From a bacterium (lineage in GTDB: Bacteria > Patescibacteriota > Saccharimonadia > Saccharimonadales > SZUA-47), in contig RFTN01000004.1 in the NCBI GenBank assembly GCA_009923445.1, forward strand, positions 66,438 to 130,437: a stretch of 64,000 bases of DNA, read 5' to 3'. Shown piece by piece: positions 60,217-64,000 of this stretch (the stretch's first letter is position 1; each line of letters opens with the position of its first letter). The translations under genes were made by a program, and so were the position numbers. The notes beneath the pieces were generated by a model. The model was not told where the DNA came from, made no database searches, and saw nothing but the letters and a program-made list of their open reading frames with translations.

Positions 60217-60252
60217 TTGAATATATTTACGCTACTAGCGTATAATTATACG
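60217..60252 (+). promoter_or_regulatory. promoter with overlapping palindromic operator candidates for the lexA-like operon
   Basis: TTGAAT (60217-60222), 18-nt spacer, TATAAT (60241-60246). Palindrome TACGCTA-C-TAGCGTA at 60228-60242 and perfect 14-bp palindrome CGTATAATTATACG at 60239-60252. The ATG is at 60257 with no SD. Confidence 0.55.
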
Positions 60253-60256
60253 TATT

Positions 60257-60871
60257 ATGAGTTTAGAGGGTCTAACACCAAAACAGAAAACCGTGTTTGC
60301 AGCAGTGCGAGAGTTGCAAACTGTTACTGGTCGGATGCCGACACTAGATGAAATACGCCGTCATCTTGGGTATGCCACCGTCAGCTCCGTGCAAAGACAT
60401 ATGGATGCACTTAAGCGTAAGGGCTACATTCAATCCGAAAAGCACCAGAGCCGTACGATGAAACTTGTTCATCAACATTTAGCCAGCATTCCACTTGTTG
60501 GTAACGTGGCCTGTGGCGCACCTCTATTAGCTGAAGAAAATATCGAAGCCTATGTAGCCTACGATGCCGACTCTTTGAAGGGTGCATCAGAAGATTACTT
60601 TTTCCTGCGCGCAATCGGCGATAGCATGAACAAAGGCGGAATAGACGATGGCGATCTAGTACTTGTTAGAAAATCAGATACCGCTGAACCTGGCAAAAGG
60701 ATAGTGGCGCTAGTGGGAGATGATGCAACCGTAAAGAAGCTGGCGCAAGACGATGGCCATTGGATTCTCCGCCCTGAGTCGACTAATCCAAAACACAAAG
60801 ATTTAATCATGGCAGAAGAGTTTGCCATCCAAGGCACAGTCTATGCCGTCGTGAAAGCTGAGCAATTGTAA
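60257..60871 (+). CDS. lexA: LexA-type repressor (winged-HTH plus S24 self-cleaving peptidase)
   Basis: LTPKQKTVF...MPTLDEIRRHLGYATVSSVQRHMDALKRKGYI DNA-binding domain. IPLVGNVACGAPLLAEENIE cleavage-site region, GDSM catalytic Ser and TVKKL Lys. Collinear with E. coli LexA. Confidence 0.9.
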   Translation: MSLEGLTPKQKTVFAAVRELQTVTGRMPTLDEIRRHLGYATVSSVQRHMDALKRKGYIQSEKHQSRTMKLVHQHLASIPLVGNVACGAPLLAEENIEAYVAYDADSLKGASEDYFFLRAIGDSMNKGGIDDGDLVLVRKSDTAEPGKRIVALVGDDATVKKLAQDDGHWILRPESTNPKHKDLIMAEEFAIQGTVYAVVKAEQL

Positions 60872-61602
60872 TGAGCCATGCGACGAACATGGACAACATA
60901 CGATCTATGTTGAACGATTCATACACTAAGGAAGACACGAGTACAATTCCAAAAAGAACGGATTTAACATTTGGTAATACCCTTAAGAAAATCAAGCATA
61001 CTGTGGTCTTCTACGTAGACATGAGGGGATCAAGAAAGATAATCCAAGATTCGACCAGTTTTATGAGCGTCAAAGTACACCGTTCTTTTCTTCAAGCAAT
61101 TACATACTGCGTAGAAAATAGAGGTGGTCACTTTCGTAGTTTTAATGGAGACGGTGCTCTAGCATTTTTTGTTGGCGATAACGACTCAACAGATGCCGTT
61201 AAGGCAGCATTGGATTTGAAAAGTTACGTCATGGAAATGAACACTATTCTAGAAGACAAAATCTCCAAGAAAGTAGATTTTGGCGTTGGCATTGGTCAAG
61301 GAGCAATTTACGTCGCTAAGAGTGGCAAGAAAGGTGATGACAGTACCAAGCAAGACCTCGTATGGGTAGGTTTGCCTGTGTATGTTTCTGTTGAACTAAG
61401 CGATTATGCAAGATCTAGCAACAATATATGGATTAGTCCTGCAGTAAAATCTTCTCTAGATAAACAAGGTGACAAGTTTGTGCTAACAGACGACAAGGAC
61501 GGTAGCAGTATCTGGACTAGGGAGACTAAGAATCTGAAGTCCCTAGGAGAAACCTCAGTTTATAAAACATCATATTACAGCACCCTAAAGTTGAGCCAAT
61601 AA
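60871..61602 (+). CDS. class III nucleotidyl cyclase homology domain protein (Pycsar PycC-like), copy 1
   Basis: VVFYVDMRGS (metal Asp 1), FNGDGALAFF (metal Asp 2), and FGVGIGQGAIYVAKSG...LVWVGLPVYVSVELSDYA (the transition-state/purine-pocket region of the fold). TAATG overlap with lexA. Confidence 0.7.
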   Translation: MSHATNMDNIRSMLNDSYTKEDTSTIPKRTDLTFGNTLKKIKHTVVFYVDMRGSRKIIQDSTSFMSVKVHRSFLQAITYCVENRGGHFRSFNGDGALAFFVGDNDSTDAVKAALDLKSYVMEMNTILEDKISKKVDFGVGIGQGAIYVAKSGKKGDDSTKQDLVWVGLPVYVSVELSDYARSSNNIWISPAVKSSLDKQGDKFVLTDDKDGSSIWTRETKNLKSLGETSVYKTSYYSTLKLSQ

Positions 61603-62438
61603 TGAAACCAGTCAATGACATCTATTCTGATCTAAAAGTAAATGCCGATTACAGATATGATAATTTTCGAATTGAAGAGATTGGTTCGATTAAGCGCATT
61701 GCCGAAGATTCTTATTTAGAAGCACCAGTGTGGGTTGGCGGTGATGCCAAGTTTGTATGTCTTTTCATCGATTTAGATAACTCATCTAAGATGTCGTTTA
61801 AGAAGCACCCTAAAACAATGGCTAAAATATACGATTACTTTACTCAAACACTGATTGATGTACTTTCACAAGAAGGCATTGAAGCTGATTATATCGACAT
61901 TAAAGGTGATGGTGCATTTGGTATTTTCGAAGGCGATAACGCATCATTTCGTGCACTTTCTGCTGCCCTAACATTCGGAACTTTCTTCAAGAAATATATA
62001 CGACCAAAATTTCAAGACGACGAACATGTCTTTAACTTTAAATCGGCAATTCATACCGATAAATTACTTGTTAAGCGCATAGGTAAACGAGGCTCGAGAA
62101 ATAATAATGAGGTTTGGGCAGGTCGACTTGTTAATAATTCTTCCAAACTAGCAACTCTATCAAAGGAAATATATGATATCGACCGAGACTTTAACCCGTC
62201 TACCGGCGGAGTGCTGGTTATTTCTGAACCGATATACCAGATATACAGGACAAAGCATGAGTTTGCCATTATGCACTGCGGACATGACCTTTCTGGTAAT
62301 CCACAGCCACGATCAGAACTATGGAGAAGAATAGATACTAGTAACTACGATTACGTGCATGACGATGTAGCGTATTATGCTCCAGGTCTTTGGTGTGACA
62401 TCTGTCAAGATACGGTCAATGAAGGGTTGCTAGCGTAA
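61602..62438 (+). CDS. class III nucleotidyl cyclase homology domain protein, copy 2, with Cys/His-containing C-terminal extension
   Basis: VCLFIDLDNSS, IKGDGAFGIFEG, and FKSAIHTDKLLVKRIG...EVWAGRLVNNSSKLATLS. The C-terminus has HCGHD...CDIC. TAATG overlap on both sides. Confidence 0.65.
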   Translation: MKPVNDIYSDLKVNADYRYDNFRIEEIGSIKRIAEDSYLEAPVWVGGDAKFVCLFIDLDNSSKMSFKKHPKTMAKIYDYFTQTLIDVLSQEGIEADYIDIKGDGAFGIFEGDNASFRALSAALTFGTFFKKYIRPKFQDDEHVFNFKSAIHTDKLLVKRIGKRGSRNNNEVWAGRLVNNSSKLATLSKEIYDIDRDFNPSTGGVLVISEPIYQIYRTKHEFAIMHCGHDLSGNPQPRSELWRRIDTSNYDYVHDDVAYYAPGLWCDICQDTVNEGLLA

Positions 62439-62956
62439 TGGCTCTTGATAAGATATCGATATACGAAAAGAACCTTACTCGTATACATGAGTGGATTAGG
62501 GCTGTTGATCAAAAATTAAGCGTTCTCATGGCAATACAAGGTGTGTACATCGTCTTTATCACTCCACTGTTTCTATCGCTACTATCAAGAAAATACCTGC
62601 ATGTAGGAAGTCTACTAGCTGCAGGTATACTAGTATCTTATGCCGTGCTGGCCTACGGGTTGCTAAAGTGTTTCATATCATTGTATTCAAGCCTAAAAGT
62701 AAAAGGTCAGTCGGTTACTGAAGACCAGTTGTCGTTAACCTACTTCAACCACATTGAAAAGATGACTCTTGAAAATTATAAGAAGAAAATGCGATCACTA
62801 ACATCAAAAAAGTATGACGATGAATTATTGACACAAATTCACACCTCATCAACCATTGCCACAAAGAAACACAGACGCTTTAATGATGCCCTATTCCTGT
62901 TTATAGTTGGCGCTTTGCTCTCTGCAATTACACTGTGCTTTTTATATCTAATCTAA
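62438..62956 (+). CDS. small three-helix membrane protein, candidate cyclic-nucleotide-activated effector (PycTM-like)
   Basis: N-terminal amphipathic segment with AVDQKLSVL. Hydrophobic helices at about residues 28-50, 56-82 and 150-172, and a soluble helical insert between helices 2 and 3. Confidence 0.55.
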   Translation: MALDKISIYEKNLTRIHEWIRAVDQKLSVLMAIQGVYIVFITPLFLSLLSRKYLHVGSLLAAGILVSYAVLAYGLLKCFISLYSSLKVKGQSVTEDQLSLTYFNHIEKMTLENYKKKMRSLTSKKYDDELLTQIHTSSTIATKKHRRFNDALFLFIVGALLSAITLCFLYLI

Positions 62957-62979
62957 AAATTAGGGCGTAAAATAAAGGT

Positions 62980-64000
62980 GTGTATACATACCTAAAAGAT
63001 CATAAATATTACGAAGATCGTTACGATGAAGGAACTATAGACCGGTGTCGTTCTGGCGAAAGTATGGTTAACGGTACCTTCAAAGAGCTGGAAAAGAAAC
63101 TCCCCAAGAAGGAGTTATCAGAAAAATTGCCTGGTTGGTATCTACAATATAGCCAGATGTATTTCTTTTTAGTTGAAAAGCCCGCTGCTTCACGCGCCGA
63201 GCAACGTGACGCTACAATTACAAAATGGATGGAAGAAGATCAAGCGAAAGACGAAAAACTTGCCTCTGCACATATTAAGGGCGAAACCTACTGTCGCAGT
63301 TGTGGCAAAGATATGCGTGTGATCAGTAAAGACTATATGCAACGTGACGGACATAAAGAAGACATTCTATTCATGTTCGAATGTGAAGGCTGTAATAAAC
63401 GCCTAGCTTTATGGCTAGACGGTACAGAATGGGAGGGCGCAAAGCATCAATGTGAAAAATGTGGTGGAAATACGGTATCAAAACACACTAAAAAACTTGG
63501 CGTCATTACCTCGACCGAGACATGCGAAAAATGTAAACATACTAAGACCACCAAGCTTGACCTGTCCGATTCTAAAAAAGAATCCGAACCCGTCGATCCC
63601 TATATTGAACTTGATCGTAAACGCTTTGTTTTCGATAGCGACGCTTTGTTCAAATATAGCCAAAAATTAAAACACTTTGAACGTATGGCTAAGTTGCATG
63701 CTACTGCAGAAGATAAGGTACAACACGCAGATGTGTATGATGGTATAAAACAAGTGAAAAGACTCAAGATAGCTCAATTGAAGGAGTTACTTGAACCAAT
63801 ATTCATAAATGAAGGATACAGTGACTTTAAGCTTGGCGATCCACAGTTTGGCCGCGAAGTATCCTTGGATTTCAGTTGCTTAGACACAAAAGATGATCGA
63901 GAAGAGTATCAGAGTAAGAAAACCCTGCATAAGGCAATCGAGAGAGCTTTGGTGGATACTAACTGGCGATTAATGAGTGCAGGTGTAAGCTATAGATTAG
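62980..64000 (+). CDS. hypothetical protein with two CxxC...CxxC zinc-ribbon-like pairs; C-terminus beyond the window
   Basis: Missing from the track because there is no stop in the window. The frame is open from GTG 62980 (alternative ATG 63065) to 64000. Hand translation contains CRSCGK...CEGCNK and CEKCGG...CEKCKH. Confidence 0.5.
   Translation, partial: MYTYLKDHKYYEDRYDEGTIDRCRSGESMVNGTFKELEKKLPKKELSEKLPGWYLQYSQMYFFLVEKPAASRAEQRDATITKWMEEDQAKDEKLASAHIKGETYCRSCGKDMRVISKDYMQRDGHKEDILFMFECEGCNKRLALWLDGTEWEGAKHQCEKCGGNTVSKHTKKLGVITSTETCEKCKHTKTTKLDLSDSKKESEPVDPYIELDRKRFVFDSDALFKYSQKLKHFERMAKLHATAEDKVQHADVYDGIKQVKRLKIAQLKELLEPIFINEGYSDFKLGDPQFGREVSLDFSCLDTKDDREEYQSKKTLHKAIERALVDTNWRLMSAGVSYRL

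Larger units (their letters stand above)
47076..64000. mobile_element. integrated element next to tRNA-Trp (integrative, possibly conjugative or mobilisable); right end lies beyond the window
   Basis: Housekeeping content ends abruptly at the tRNA. A large serine recombinase follows immediately, then a Replic_Relax-like gene, an FtsK/TraB-type translocase and DUF2958, then defence-type cargo. Looks more AT-rich than the backbone by eye (not computed). Confidence 0.7.

Noticed and set aside
60871-62438. Interpreting the two nucleotide-synthase-like genes as CBASS CD-NTases or as GGDEF diguanylate cyclases.
   Set aside because: The motif order (F.D..GS ... GDG..F ... G.G.G ... G..V..A) matches the class III cyclase-homology fold. 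It matches neither the Pol-beta GS...[DE].[DE] pattern of CD-NTases nor a GG[DE]EF motif.
63452-63670. Track ORFs 63452-63670 (+) and 63478-63663 (-).
   Set aside because: Both lie inside the longer open-ended frame 62980 to beyond 64000, which has coherent zinc-ribbon motifs.
1-64000. CRISPR arrays, rRNA genes, and IS elements with terminal inverted repeats.
   Set aside because: Reading the intergenic regions showed no regularly spaced direct repeats, no rRNA-like sequence and no transposase ORF. The only recombinase is the serine integrase at 47147-48643.

Overview
The window has two parts. Positions 1-47,000 are a conserved housekeeping backbone: hisS, tig, clpP, rpoB-rpoC, rpsL-rpsG-fusA-tuf, the S10/spc/alpha ribosomal-protein operons, secY, infA, rpoA, trpS, holB, four tRNA genes, an alpha-glucan cluster and typA. 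uL30 is absent between uS5 and uL15, and adk and map are absent between secY and infA. Together with the compact, overlapping gene layout this suggests a reduced-genome bacterium of the CPR/Patescibacteria type, possibly Saccharibacteria-like. That taxonomic call is tentative and was made without any database search. From the tRNA-Trp gene at 47,000-47,075 to the right edge, the sequence becomes an integrated mobile element. By eye it looks more AT-rich, but this was not computed. It encodes a large serine recombinase, a replication-relaxation protein, an FtsK/TraB-type translocase and a DUF2958 protein. Its cargo is two tightly coupled candidate defence operons. The first (51,697-60,107) is a four-gene module: a PLD-SNF2 helicase, an Eco57I/PglX-like N6-adenine methyltransferase, a small PD-(D/E)xK-like protein and a DUF2779-type nuclease. 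The second (60,257-62,956) is the most unusual item. It is a full-length LexA-type self-cleaving repressor, translationally coupled by TAATG overlaps to two divergent class III nucleotidyl-cyclase-homology genes and a small three-helix membrane protein. In other words, it is a Pycsar-like cyclic-nucleotide module with a duplicated cyclase and a built-in SOS-type regulator. Smaller oddities in the backbone: a 132-bp duplicate of the hisS 5' end brackets a VanX-like dipeptidase cassette with an attenuator-like leader; a 23-bp repeat of the tRNA-Tyr 3' end looks like an att scar; an orphan gene with its own terminator and promoter splits rpsJ from rplC; and a structured element lies between infA and rpmJ. 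No CRISPR array or rRNA gene was seen. All protein calls rest on motif recognition by eye in the supplied translations.
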